Below are positions 1 through 12,340 of a stretch of DNA of 64,000 nt, piece after piece. Position 1 is the first letter of the stretch; each line of letters starts with the position of its first letter. The notes under the pieces were generated by a model. The model saw only the letters and a program-made list of their open reading frames with translations. It made no database searches and was not told the origin of the DNA. This stretch comes from Euprymna scolopes (lineage: Eukaryota): NCBI GenBank assembly GCA_053919585.1, contig CM132785.1. One strand, given 5' to 3'. The translations under genes were made by a program, and so were the position numbers.

Positions 1-777
1 TACGTCACTGGTCGAGAATAAATCGAAAAAAGAAAAGAAACAAGAGAATAAGACAGGAGATGAGTGGACGTTTCGCTCTTTTGTTTCTTAGAGTGAACTA
101 AGCTGACTGTATATAAAAGCTGAGGATATGAAAACAATATCGATATTCTACTACAATAGCGTGTAAGCAATAACGAGCATTTTTTGTGCCTTAATTTTTA
201 CTGCAACGCTTTTCGCATTTTTGAACTAGTGAATAACGGAGCATGATACGCCGGGATCATAAAACTATGTTTACACATACAAAAACAAATGCACACACTG
301 ACGTCTTTATTTCATTTATGTAGATTTGTATACGAGTGTGATGGTGGGGTTGGGTATTGTTTTGAAGAGTCTGTGCATGTTCGTTTCGAATTAATCATTA
401 GACGTTTTGTTTACGAGGGCGTTTGGTGTAAGCTTTAAAATTCCCTCTGTCTGAATCCGTGCGTCTACGTGATATGTAATGGGAAAGGTCTGGGAAGCTG
501 TCTTGAGTAAATTCCTAAGTTATCATATTTTGACAAGTGTTTGCTGCAAGAATCCCAACTGTTTATAACCATCTTTCACGTTCAGAATGTTCACCGTCCA
601 AGATTTCGAAGACTGGCACGAATCTCTGAAAGAAAACAGAAATTAAGATATACTGAATTGTTAGATGGAAACTGAAACCAGTATCGACTTAAACATGATT
701 AGGAGCCGGTGTTCAGGGACACGGCATATCCTTAGATATCTTAGACTGTTTAACTTTCCAATGCGATATAATAAATA

Positions 778-922
778 ATAGCTGGCCGCCCGGCGTTGCC
801 CGGTCGTACAATACGCTTAAACATATTTTAATTCATGCAGGTTGCGTATGTGTTATTATAGAATCAATCGCCTATTGAATATTATATATTACGAGGAAAA
901 CTCTGCCCGTTATACTAATTCG

Positions 923-963
<41 letters not shown>

Positions 964-1373
964 ATGATAATGTCGTTCGTCAAATTCCGTCTGTGTTTGT
1001 TTACAATATCACCTCAGTTGATATTTGGGCTTGACGTCTTAGTCTTTCTTCTCTTTATAGATAAAAAGAATTGTTACCGGGGAATATTTGACGTTACACC
1101 GACCAAGTTTAGACCTGTGTAACTTACAATATTTTCCTGTAAAAAAAAAAAATTCTTTTGTATCTATAAGAGAAGAAAGATTATTTTTAAGATCGGATTT
1201 TATCGATTTTCGATACTTCTCGAATTTCTGTACAAAACATACATAAGAACACTGCCAAAAATATAAATTTCCTTTGTGAAATTTGCAAAATATTAGCTCA
1301 GACGTTTCGGAACCTATAAATCAGAAACTCCTACACAACCACGCACAAAGTGACTTTCGTATAATAATAGAGA
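778..1373 (-). mobile_element. Non-autonomous Helitron-like element, family A
   Basis: Minus strand starts A|TCTCTATTATTATACG and ends ...GACCGGGCAACGCCGGGCGGCCAGCTAT (GC-rich subterminal hairpin plus degenerate CTAG); internal (AT)n. The same 3' end recurs at 1680, 6978, 24722 and 47702. Confidence 0.65.
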
Positions 1374-1679
1374 TTCTGTGTTAGAAAGAGGAGAGAACTG
1401 GTTTTAATACCGATAACCTCAAGGAAGCAGGGGAGAATTTTTGAAATTTAATACAATGTGACACGTTTTATTTGTTTTTATAAAGAGATCTAGATAGGTA
1501 GATTTGGAAAGAAACACCTATAAATATTGATAGCTGATATCTGTAGCCACTCTCACAGAAAATATGTTCTAATCTTTGCCTGCTCTGTCACTATTTCTAT
1601 GGAGGGTGTGTGTGTGTTGGCTAGTTGCATCATATTAACCAAGGAAAGAATATGTTCACACTCCTAATTTATCTATTTG

Positions 1680-2157
1680 CTAGCAGGCCGCCCGGCACTA
1701 TCCAGTCGTAAAATACGCATAAATATTATATTTTAATTAATACAAATTTCTTATATAATATTGGATCCAATACGTAGTAATGATTTAAAAATAAAAAAAT
1801 GACTCGTGCACCACCACCGAGAATCGAAACCAAAACGTTTAGCTTACGATTTACCTTTTCCTTTGACGTTAATGCCTGAGCTATGAAGACATGTTTCCAA
1901 GTCTAAAAATTAAAACATAACATTAGCTATTACGTTATGCATGCATATTCGTAATGCCGTCGTTCAATCTTCACCTGGCAAATTCCATTTCTTTTATTTT
2001 CACACTTTTTCACGGATTTTCCCTGGCTAAAACAGTTTCGCATGGGTTCAAATACCCTGTATATTAAGTTTCATGTATGTAGACCAAAAACTGACTGGAG
2101 TTTGGTAGGCAAAATATTTTAAACAAATATATATACGCATACATAAATATATATAGA
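1680..2157 (-). mobile_element. Helitron-like element, family A, with tRNA-like internal segment
   Basis: 3' end ...GCGTATTTTACGACTGGATAGTGCCGGGCGGCCTGCTAG; putative 5' TCTATATAT near 2157; GGTTTCGATTC B-box-like motif near 1821-1831. Confidence 0.6.
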
Positions 2158-2568
2158 AAGGGGTTTGTGTTTACTATAACCTTTTTACGCAAATATTATG
2201 CAAGTATAAATCATGTAAAATATCTGCATGAATATAATTACATGTAATAGTTAACTAAAGATGATCATTCCATAGGAAAACCGAAAAAAATTAATAGAAA
2301 ATTTATTAAAATGAATGTATAAAAGAATATATGCAAATTAGATATTTCTTTTGCAGATGAATGCAATTCCACGACCTATATATAACACAGTTATATTTTC
2401 TTTTTAAATAAATAGAAAAAAGGGTATTTAATATATCAATACAGAAAAAAATTATAGGAGTATAGTTTACGATTTTGACAAGTTCGAAAATTTTCAACTT
2501 TTTACGCCTTATGAGTGCGATCCGATTCTTTTCTTTGTTCAATGGGGTGCAACTACCATTACCCCCCT

Positions 2569-2617
<49 letters not shown>

Positions 2618-2620
<3 letters not shown>

Positions 2621-2775
2621 TATTTAGCAGCAAGTTTTCATTCAGACAAGTATTGTTAAATAGCACGGAGTGTTATTGCTTAATAAGTTTTCTGTGTAGT
2701 TTTTCAATGTTTCTAATTGTCTTCGTTGTTTCTCGGTTGAATATGTGTAAGAAAGTTCCATAGTCGTCTTGCTCA
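2618..2775 (-). mobile_element. Penelope-like element ORF N-terminal remnant (inverted copy)
   Basis: Minus strand translates EQDDYGTFLHIFNRETTKTIRNIEKLHRKLIKQ*HSVLFNNTCLNENLL and runs into (AT)n; inverted homologue of 3378-3503. Confidence 0.55.
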
Positions 2776-3028
2776 ATTTCCCAACACCTAAAACAATATG
2801 GCTGTCCACATTGCCAGTTTAGAAAGATCCTAGTGAAAAATACAAAAATCCTCCATATGGATTCAAACGTAAAGATTCAAATTATTGGAAGCACTTTATA
2901 TAAAAACTAAACAACCAAAAGCTAATTATGTAAATTTTGAAAACCGTAACATTCTGAAGTGCCTTGGTACGTGACCATTCAATATATGTATACACACATA
3001 TGGTTACGTGTATATCTGTCTGTGTGTG

Positions 3029-3078
<50 letters not shown>

Positions 3079-3316
3079 ACACACATATATATATTGTAAC
3101 GTAAAGTTATAAATAATTTTTTAAGCTATAAATTCTATACCGTCTTGTAAATCATACTTCTAAAAACATTGTACATTTATTTTAGCCAGGTCCTAACACG
3201 TAAAACAACCTATGTATATTTGCACACGACACGCTTCACTAGTTCAAGAAATTTAAATACGATTTTAATTGAAGCATATAAGAGCATCCAGATTTTAAAC
3301 AAACAATAATCAAAAC

Positions 3317-3359
3317 TGCCTGAAGACGACTGCTGAAAACTCAGTCGAAAGTACTAGCA
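3317..3359 (+). ncRNA. Minimal type I hammerhead ribozyme (PLE type), apparently intact
   Basis: tgc-CTGAAGA-c-GACTG(ctgaaaact)CAGTC-GAAA-GTAC-TA-gca: stem I tgc/gca, core CUGAnGA, 5-bp stem II, GAAA, palindromic stem III AGTACT, UH site. Confidence 0.75.
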
Positions 3360-3377
3360 AAGAAGAAAGAAAAAAAA

Positions 3378-3503
3378 ATGGACCAAGACGACTATGGAAC
3401 TTTCTTACATAGATTCAACCGAGAAACAAGAAAGACAATTAGAAAAATTGAAAAACCACCAAGAAAGAATACTCCGTACTATTTAACAATACGTGTATAA
3501 ATG
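3378..3503 (+). mobile_element. Penelope-like element ORF N-terminal remnant downstream of HHR
   Basis: ATG at 3378 gives MDQDDYGTFLHRFNRETRKTIRKIEK, then after a frameshift SVLFNNTCIN; ends at a (GT)n(AT)n microsatellite. Confidence 0.55.
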
Positions 3504-3506
3504 TTT

Positions 3507-3555
<49 letters not shown>

Positions 3556-4031
3556 ATTTTTTTAATATATATATTTAACTCTATCACCATTTTTTTCTCC
3601 TGTTTTTCTTCCTTGATCTTTCTTATTTATATTTATATCTCCGAAGTAGAGTGAAACGCATATCTTATTTTTCTTTTATTAATATTATTGGAATTGTTTC
3701 CTTTTTTTCTTTGTACACATTTTTGTGAATTTTTCCATGGATTTCTGCCTTTGGATTATTATGGGCCATCTTCTTCCAATTACGGGATTCCCTTGGATTT
3801 TACTTGTGCAAATGGAAGTTCAATTAACTTTTTTAGAGTTATATATTTTGATTTTACCGTCACAGGATTATTTATCTTCCACCAAACTATCCATTCATGT
3901 GTAATCACCCTTTCTTCACCATATTCCCTCTGCTTCACTTTTTTTGTTTTCAAGTAAGATCTGTGACTTAGTTGTTGTTTCATCAAATACTTTTGTATGC
4001 AAAATCTGATCCCGCATTTTGCTAATTCCTA

Positions 4032-4080
4032 CCCTCTGATGAGAAAGAAAGTATTTCTTCGAAACTCCGCGGATTAAGGA
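4032..4080 (+). ncRNA. Hammerhead ribozyme motif (slightly degenerate)
   Basis: cct-CTGATGA-gaaagaaa(gta)tttcttc-GAAA-c-TCCGCGGA-tta-agg; palindromic stem III, stem I cct/agg. Confidence 0.6.
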
Positions 4081-4913
4081 CTATCCACTTATCTAGTGTT
4101 TCCTTTTCAGATTAAATGTTTTTATCTCTTTTTCAAAGTGTTTTTAACATGTTTTATAAACTGTTTGTTCTTATATGCATATATATATATATATATATGT
4201 GTGTGTGTTTTTACGTAAGTTATTCTTGTAACAAATGTTATATTACTACTGAAGCTTTTATTATTTTAGACGTACGAAAAGCGTTCCAAGATTAAAAACT
4301 GTTTTATTTGTACAATGTATGAAATTTCTAAATTTATTTTTGTTTTTCTTCTGTTTCTTCTGGGTGTTTTCTTTTATTCAAGATTCTTATTGTTTTTGAT
4401 GTGTAAGTTTTTAAAATACTGCATATTGTAGTCAGCAACCTCCCCATTTTACCCAGAGAGACGGCTGATTATAGATCTTGCAATGACTTGTTTTCTTTTA
4501 TTCTTCCTTTTTTTTTTCTTGAGCACTAGACAAGACATTTCTTTTTTTAAAAAAAATGGTCTGATGCTAATGCAGCATTTAGGCTAAAAAGTTCCGTATC
4601 TTTTCAAAATCAGGAGAAACGTTGGAGAAATAAATGGCGTATGTTTCTCTAAGAATATTTATTTATTCACCTTATCTTTTGTCTTACATTTTTGTTTGGC
4701 ATTTTCTGTTTTGTTTAGCGTTATTCGTGACTTTTAGATTTTTTCTCTACAAAGAAACCTACCATCAATGTAAAACATTTTTGTTCACTTATAGAATTCA
4801 TAGTCAGGTAAAAGGAAAGATTTCAATATTTAAACACTAACATTTCTTTAGTTCTCCTGTTAACAGATTGAGCCAAATAGAGAACAGTTTCGAATCTTAC
4901 AAAGAATTTAGCG

Positions 4914-4971
<58 letters not shown>

Positions 4972-5039
4972 TGGGTGAGAATGTCAGCAGAGTGCTCGAT
5001 TATTAAGAAAAATTAAAAATTAATAGCTTCATATTTATT

Positions 5040-5150
5040 TATATTACAAAGATATCAGAACAGATGCTGAAGAATCCTACGTAGAATATCAAACACAGAT
5101 CCACTTTGATTAGATTTGAAACCGACGGACCGATATTATTCTGATCGTTT
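5040..5150 (+). repeat. Dispersed repeat fragment with degenerate HHR-like core
   Basis: gctgaagaa...gatttgaaaccgacggaccgat...ttctgatc matches 44170-44245 and, inverted, 44024-44073. Confidence 0.45.
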
Positions 5151-5708
5151 GTAGCATGCACGCACGCACACACACACAATTTTTAATCTGGCAGCGGTTC
5201 TTTGTCTTCTAAAGAGATGCATATATGAAATATCTTGATAATTATGTTTATTCACGGTTATTTGTGCGCGAAACGGCCGCTAATTCATGCTGAATTGTTT
5301 TGAATTTTGGTAAGAAAAATTACTTTGATCTATGGAATTTAATATACAAGTTTTATTCGTCTATTTACATAAATAAATTCTCATATATATATTTGTATGT
5401 GTATTGTTCAAGAACAACAATGAATTATTCATTATTCAATATAGTTTCAGACATTTGGCTTCTTTTTTCAGAGGAAACTAATTAGCAAAAAAATATTTAG
5501 ACTTACTATTACATTACTGGTTAACACAAACAGTGAAAACATGTTTGTGTGTGTGTGAGATGGACTTGCCTGCCCGCTATCACTTTTGAAATTATACAAC
5601 CGGAAATACTTAATTATCTATTAAAACAGATAGGCAGAGTGAATGACGTCACCACACGATGTCTTCATTCATTAAATCTGAAAAGGGAGGGGGTTCCTTA
5701 AACTAGAC

Positions 5709-6094
5709 CAGGATTTTCTAAAGTGAGCTCCATGGAGCCTTAGAGTTCCGTGGGTGAAGCTGAGGGGCCATGGAAGCCCTTTCTCAAAGAGAAAATGCTT
5801 TATATGGGAAAATGAAATGTCTGCAGACATTTAATTAATGAACTTTTTTTTACTGGAAAGAGATATGATACAAGTGTAAAGCGTTATCAGGATGGTTTAT
5901 GAAAAATAAAGTAAAATTAATAAAAAATGCAACAATTTTTGATTAACCAAAAACAAAATGGTTGCAAACATTAGTGTTAAAGTTTGAAATTAATATTTTT
6001 CATGTTTATTTTAGAAATTATCTTGGTAGTGCTCCGTGAAAAACCTTTGCCTTGCTCGTGTGTTCCAGGGTGTCCTTAAGTTTAAGAAACTCTG
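5709..6094. mobile_element. hAT (Charlie/Buster-like) MITE
   Basis: Imperfect TIRs CAGGATTTTCTAAA / TTAAGAAACTCTG, with GC-rich subterminal (g/t)(t/c)tccgtg motifs at both ends. Confidence 0.5.
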
Positions 6095-6977
6095 ATCAAG
6101 ATAAAGTTTACACCTGTGGTTGCCTATATATAATATAGGTCAAAAGGAGACTAATTCAGTAATCAAACCTCCGGTATCCTTTCGGACAGAAACTTATAAC
6201 AATTATAAACTAATACTTTCCGGCAAGTTCGCGGAATTTTTTATCGAAAGAAATATTTAAATAATTTCTTAAACTTTTTTTTTTAAGTTTCAGTTTTAAA
6301 CATGCATATTAGAATGAAAGTTTCAGGTAACAAGCATTATAGTTTGCACCAGTGAATGACTCTAACATTAACAGTAATAATAATCATGCATGTTTTTGTA
6401 TATTTGTTTACGTATACATTTTAGACCAAGTGTTCAGAGCTATTGAATATATATTTAAAAAAAAAAACGCCCACTGACTGAGAAACTCTTTGTCCTGAAT
6501 TATTATTCGTTTGTTTGTATTTTCATTTCAGTCATAAACCAGTGCGCTCTAGGCGTGTACATTGCATGTAACTACGCTCGTACGTTGGAATCATTGAACG
6601 TTGTGAATCATGAATTCTCTTTGAAAACCATGAAAGGTGCGTTCAAAGGTTATGCAAAGAGAAACCACGAATAAAACGTCACTTCTGTTCAATAACCATC
6701 AACCTAGTAACATTCAGTTCAGCAAGTGCCTCAATTGATCGAAGCACCCGTAAAACTGATGCTTAGATGATATCAGAAACTTTACGGTATATTGGTGATT
6801 GTTACTATTATCAACATAAATTATTTGAAAAGAAATACAGTCGGACAATTAGTCCAAACCAGTTTATTATGCGTTACGTACGCATTTATGAGCTTGTCTG
6901 CAAGAGATGTTAACAATCTCAATTAGCACCACAGAATAAATTGTTTACTTATTTTTCGAAAATAATTATATTCATAA

Positions 6978-7240
6978 CTAGCGGGAGGCGCCCGATCGTA
7001 AAATACGCTTAAATATGATATCTTAATTTATGAAGATTCTATTATAATCAGTCATCTATCCATTATTAGATATTATATTTTACCCAATCTATAGTAGGGA
7101 TGTCAGAAGTAAAATATATAAATAAATAAATACTTGGTTGCCATCAGCTAGAATCGAAACCGAAATCAAAATTTATACCGCTCAAATCTGAATCGTTACA
7201 ATTTGAGTTATCAAGTTGGATAAGCCATAGCTAAAAATAA
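6978..7240 (-). mobile_element. Helitron-like family A 3' fragment
   Basis: ACTAGcgggaggcgcccgatcgtaaaatacgcttaaatat matches the other family A ends; GGTTTCGATTC (minus) near 7151-7161. Confidence 0.55.
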
Positions 7241-7933
7241 ACCAACTTTCACGTATAAACGATATATATTTGCGCGTGCGTGCAAGAGAACTTTAAAACG
7301 ACTTACGCCTGCTAAGTTCCAATTTCTTTGAATTTATATTCATTATTATTGCTTCAAAACTATCAGGGAGGATAGTATCCCCAAAATCAAAGAAAATCCT
7401 AATAATACTCATAATAAGGGGATGCTATATATTGCACGTAGAACATAATGTTAAAAATATATGAAGAATATATGTGTATTATTCTAAAATATTGCAGTTA
7501 TAAAGCAACATTACGAAATTAGAGTTAAACTTTCATTAGATAATTAGGAAAACAAAAACGGTCAACTTTAGCGCGAATGCATCAGTCTTGCTCCTTATTG
7601 AATAATCTTAAGCTGTTTACTCTGAATGTCCGCCAACATGGCATTTATATGCACTTAATTGTTTTCACTTCTTGTGTTAATTACTCGTAGCCTTGAAATA
7701 ATATGCTAGCCTACGACGTCAAGCATAGCTTTGTGACTGGGTTCGAATCTGTCCACTAGCAGTAATCATCACTTCCGATGCTGATGATTGAGAAAGCATG
7801 AATGTCTGTAAATAATAAACATTTATTTGAAAAATATAGTTATATAATCCATATTTGAACATAGAATCGTTTGTTGGACAAAATGTTTCCCTCTGATAAA
7901 AAGTACATTTTATTACTTTGAAAGGTCCTGTTT

Positions 7934-8777
7934 TAAGGGTTGAAAAACTCATCTAATGAGTATATACAATAAATCAGTCGATCGCGATCGACTGGTAGAT
8001 AGAGATTGTGGGATGATCGTATGGTATTGAAAAAAAAAAACGTTGGCTCTGGCAAACTTCCAAAACCTCAGGGCCGAGCTTGAGACACAAGAGCAGTCAT
8101 GTGCGCAGTTTGACAGTGCACGCTACCTAAACTTAGCAATTGTATGTTAGACTGTGATGCTTTCAAGACTTTGATGTTTTCAAGACTTTACGTTACTCGA
8201 GCCAATCGCTATATTTATGTGCTACCCTTTCCAGGAAAATGCTGAGGTTGTTTCACTCACATCGAAAATTGCTATACTGTTTCACTCTCACTTTTCTGGA
8301 GTGAGAGGTGCGATTCTCACACTATAAGCCGACGTTCAGCGATGCAGAGCTCATAGACAGTTCTGGAACTTACTCACAGAGGACAGCATCCCTCAACTTC
8401 AGGAAATCTGCTATCCTCTTAACTGCATTATTTATCCGAGTCAGCATTTTCCCTACATGAAGATCATGAAGTCCAAATACAGCTCCACTATGACTGATGA
8501 GGTCAGCTTGAAGCTGGCTATAAGCTGATACTCTCTGCAGTATGTATCTCTGACTGATTCCATCTATTGCAAGTCATCAGCGTAAGATAATGGCAAAAAT
8601 GTACAGCGTTGCTCTGTGCAGTGTGGATTGATGCAAAAATGTAAGATACACCTTCATATATTGTCATATAAAAATAATTTACAATATATTTATGTGTTCT
8701 ACATTTTTCATAGGTGGTAGATCATTCAGACATAGTCGTCATAAGTAGCTCTCATGCTGAAAATGTGTGCACCCTTG
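7934..8777 (+). mobile_element. Internally deleted hAT (Buster/Charlie-type) transposon with transposase C-terminal remnant
   Basis: Ends taagggttgaaaaact / tgtgtgcacccttg; subterminal gtcgatcgcgatcgac and gtagatc motifs; 8358-8585 reads QFWNLLTED..NFRKSAILLTALF..ESAF.YMKIMKSKYSSTMTDE, resembling the hAT dimerisation domain. Confidence 0.7.
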
Positions 8778-9846
8778 CAATAAATAAACAAGTAATGTAT
8801 GTTCTGATTTGAAAATATCTTTCCCTTATAGATAAGTCTAAACACAACAACATGTGGCAATTAAGGATGTAATTTTCTTTTCATACACGCAAAACTATTC
8901 TCAATTATTTACTGCTTTACATGCAATACGCAAAGCTTTTATATTGAAAATAAATTTGATATTAATTGCTTGGGGGCTTATTCAGATAGTCGACAAATTG
9001 ATTTTGAAATGTGTGGTTTTAAGAATAAAACAGAAGTACTCATGTCGAAAATATTAACATATCCAAAGTTTACGAAAATTCGATTGTGTTTTTGCTAAAA
9101 GTCTATCGCTATTGGCTAAAACAAAAGGTCTGCCATTAAAAGAAGCTAAAAGAAAGATAAACATGTCCATTGTATTCGCAATCTTCAAGGTGTTTACATC
9201 TAGAGAAATGCAATTTGCCTCTATTTTCCGTAAAAAATACGTTTAACTCTAAATAATTTTCGTAATTTTGGGATATATTATTATATTCGACATGACAATT
9301 AAGTGCTGTTTTTTCTTAAAGCCATGTATTTAAAAAAAATCGACATCTCGACTTTTTTCCAAACAAGCAACGTTGTTTGTTTATTGTTGTTCGTGTATTA
9401 CTTTCGTTTTTTTGTTGTTGTTTTTTTTTTTAGTTTTTTTTTTTTTTTATTGTTCTGTGCTAATATAGTTCTAGATCTATTTGTAAATTTTTCGTTGTGT
9501 AAATCCTGGACTTTATCATTTCTGACCTATAACGCGTTCAAAACAGAAAGGAAATCATGAATGTCCTTTAAAATACGAGTTCCATTAATTCCATCTGTAT
9601 ATATATATATATCCGATTCCCACATCATGAAACGCAATTATCTTGTAACTCAACAACTTCGTCAATATCTGTCATTTTTGGTGGCTTTTTGTTTAGTTTT
9701 TTTTTTTAAGAAAAACGATTCTAATTTCTTCGTTGATTCGTTTACTTGATTAGGTTTTAATCAGTGATTTTTTTTAAAACTTTATTACAGTAATTAGACA
9801 TATTTTCCGGTTTTATATAATTGTGTCCATCTTTAAACATTATAGT

Positions 9847-9922
<76 letters not shown>

Positions 9923-10035
9923 TATCCACAGAAAATGTTCAAAGAAAAATATATTTTATGCATCGATTTTCAATTTTTGCTTAAACATTGCTCAATACGC
10001 GAGTAGAACTAGATAGTAAGTTATTAAAATAAACT

Positions 10036-10130
10036 ATAGTCTTTCCGTTTCATATCTGTTGAGAATCGTCAGACTAAAACGCTTTGTAGCCTGACGATTT
10101 CCGACGGAGATGAAACGTGGAAGCCTGTGT
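10036..10130. repeat. Divergent inverted pair of degenerate hammerhead-like motifs
   Basis: Plus: tagc-CTGACGA-tttccgacggagat-GAAAC; minus: tagt-CTGACGA-ttctcaacagatat-GAAAC; cleavage-site UH not recognisable in either. Confidence 0.45.
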
Positions 10131-11275
10131 AGCATAATTGCCATGAATATATTTAAAAAAATACATATACGGAAAAATCTTAGGAGCCCCTTTCGCCACC
10201 AGGGGTTAATCGTTGATAATTAAATAGAAATGCACAAAAAAAACGAATTAAATTTTCACGAAAGAGCAAATACTCGAATATACGAATACAAGAAAAACAA
10301 AGCGAATGAGAATCCATGTAAAATAATATATATACACTTATATAAAATGTATATAAAAATAAGATGGAGTCTTTGAGGCATGTGGTCATGCAAAATACTT
10401 TTAACGTAGTCCATTGCATTATTGTTGTATTCTGCAAGATCTTTTAAGCTTCACCGGTTGGGCAGTAAAAGACAGTCGCATCGTTTCGCCCTCCTCTCTA
10501 CATTAACAGATGGTCGAGTCAGTTTTGTAACCTCATCTGATCATAGTAACTTTTGATTGCCCCATTCCTGTTCTCGGATGGTTTAGTGTTTTGCAATAGC
10601 AAGGCGCTTCTGAACTGGGGCGGAGAACATCAGATGAGGAGATTCCTGCGTCAGTAAGAGGTAGATTATGATTGTTTTTCACTATCCAGTTTTTCAGATT
10701 CCGTTTCTGTTTTCTTGATTTTGTGCGATGTTTACTCTGTGCTTCCAGCCGTGCTCATATGGTGCGACTCTTTTCCGCACTCCGATTTTATTTCTTAACA
10801 TTTCAGCTATTTTCAGCGGTTGTATGTCTATCCACCCCTTGATTACGATTTCTAGACAATTTTTCCAGGGTTTTTTTTCCGGGGAGTTCCTAGTACTCCT
10901 AGGGTTATTCGTATTACAGCGATTTTCGTTTCCTATTCCATCTCTTTGTTCGCCTTTTTCTTCCACCATTACCATCGCTCTCTCGCACCTCTTACCGTTT
11001 CTTTCACCTTTTTCTCTCTTACGGTTTCTCTTTCGGTCTCTTACTATTTCTTTCACGGCCTTTCTCATCCTATTTCATTTCTTTCCCTCTCATTCTCTAT
11101 TTAATTGCTTGCTTTTTCTATTCAACGCATTTCCTCTTTATAATGCCCTTTTTGTTCAACCTCTTAAATATTCCACTTTCGCAATTGTATCTTTCTTTGC
11201 CAACCTACCCCTATCATACGAAATTTCTATTTGAGATGTACATATATATATTTATTTATTTCAAATAGAAATTTC

Positions 11276-11310
<35 letters not shown>

Positions 11311-11316
<6 letters not shown>

Positions 11317-11710
11317 GAACGTGTCTGTGTACATTTTTATTCACAATAACTCTGTTAATTTTCAGTCTACAGATGCGAAATTTGATATACAGGGTACTGA
11401 GATTTTTCTAAATCTTTGTAATCCGTTTTCGGCGATAAATTTGGCCGTTAAGGGGCCAAAGTTCAACGATTTGACTTTTATAAACTCTACCAAACTCCTC
11501 CGACAATTTTGGGTCTAAACACTTGAAATTTTAGATATAGGTTCCTTGGACATGGATCTAACTTAATAATATAATTTGAGCCCCAAATAATAAATATTAA
11601 GGGATCATAATAGGGGTCAAAGTTTTTAAAAAATTGACGGCATTTTTTTCTTTTTTCTTTTTTTTTTTTTTTTTTTTTTGCACAACATACACTTCCAAAT
11701 ACCCGGGCAA

Positions 11711-11712
<2 letters not shown>
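11311..11712 (+). mobile_element. Possible Helitron-like non-autonomous element flanked by (AT)n
   Basis: Starts (AT)n-AAAGTGAACGTGTCTGTG, contains gcgaaatttgatatacag and acttgaaattt modules, ends cccgggcaagt. Confidence 0.35.
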
Positions 11713-11747
<35 letters not shown>

Positions 11748-12043
11748 AACAATCTCTTTTCTTTCTTCCTCCAATTCAGTGGCGGTGACTTTACAGTTTT
11801 GAACATCCGCTTCTCATAATATCCATACAAAAATGTGTCCCTTTCAAAAAATAAAAATAAATAAAACATTGTTGGTGATCAAAAACGCCTCTCAATGAAC
11901 ACCATTTTCAAAAGCTTTTGATATCCGTGTTTTTTTATGACACGCTGCAATAAGTTTTCATTATAAATACAGTTTCCAGATATATACTTTACAACAGATA
12001 CTGAGTCGAACGTTGTCCTCATTTGTCTATACACATGTTAAAT

Positions 12044-12340
12044 AATTGAAAACACTGTTGAACATAACCGAAGTCACCTGCTTGGTTTTGTACGTTTATA
12101 AAAAGCAGGTGAATTCGGTTATGTTTTACAATGTTTGTTTAATGAAAGAATACTATTTAAACACACATACTCCAATCCAATAATATCGCAGCTCACACAA
12201 GTCGTGAAAGTCAACAAACCTCGTTTAAAATATGCTCAAGGCATGAAACTGAATTTCCCTTTTCGCAGCTCACACAAGCCATAAAACCCAACAAACCCCG
12301 TTCGTTGTTGGCTTTCATGGCTTTTGAGGGTTGCGACGGT
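12044..12340. repeat. Palindrome plus direct/inverted triplet repeat (fold-back element)
   Basis: aacataaccgaagtcacctgctt / aagcaggtgaattcggttatgtt hairpin; cgcagctcacacaag.. unit twice direct (~12187, ~12264) and once inverted (~12305-12336). Confidence 0.6.

Noticed and set aside
2515-3082. ORFs with YIYIYI, CVCVCV or HTHTHT runs (here and throughout the window)
   Set aside because: Translations of dinucleotide microsatellites.
10694-11234. 168-aa and 124-aa overlapping ORFs
   Set aside because: Arise from a pyrimidine-skewed low-complexity tract; no domain or splice support.
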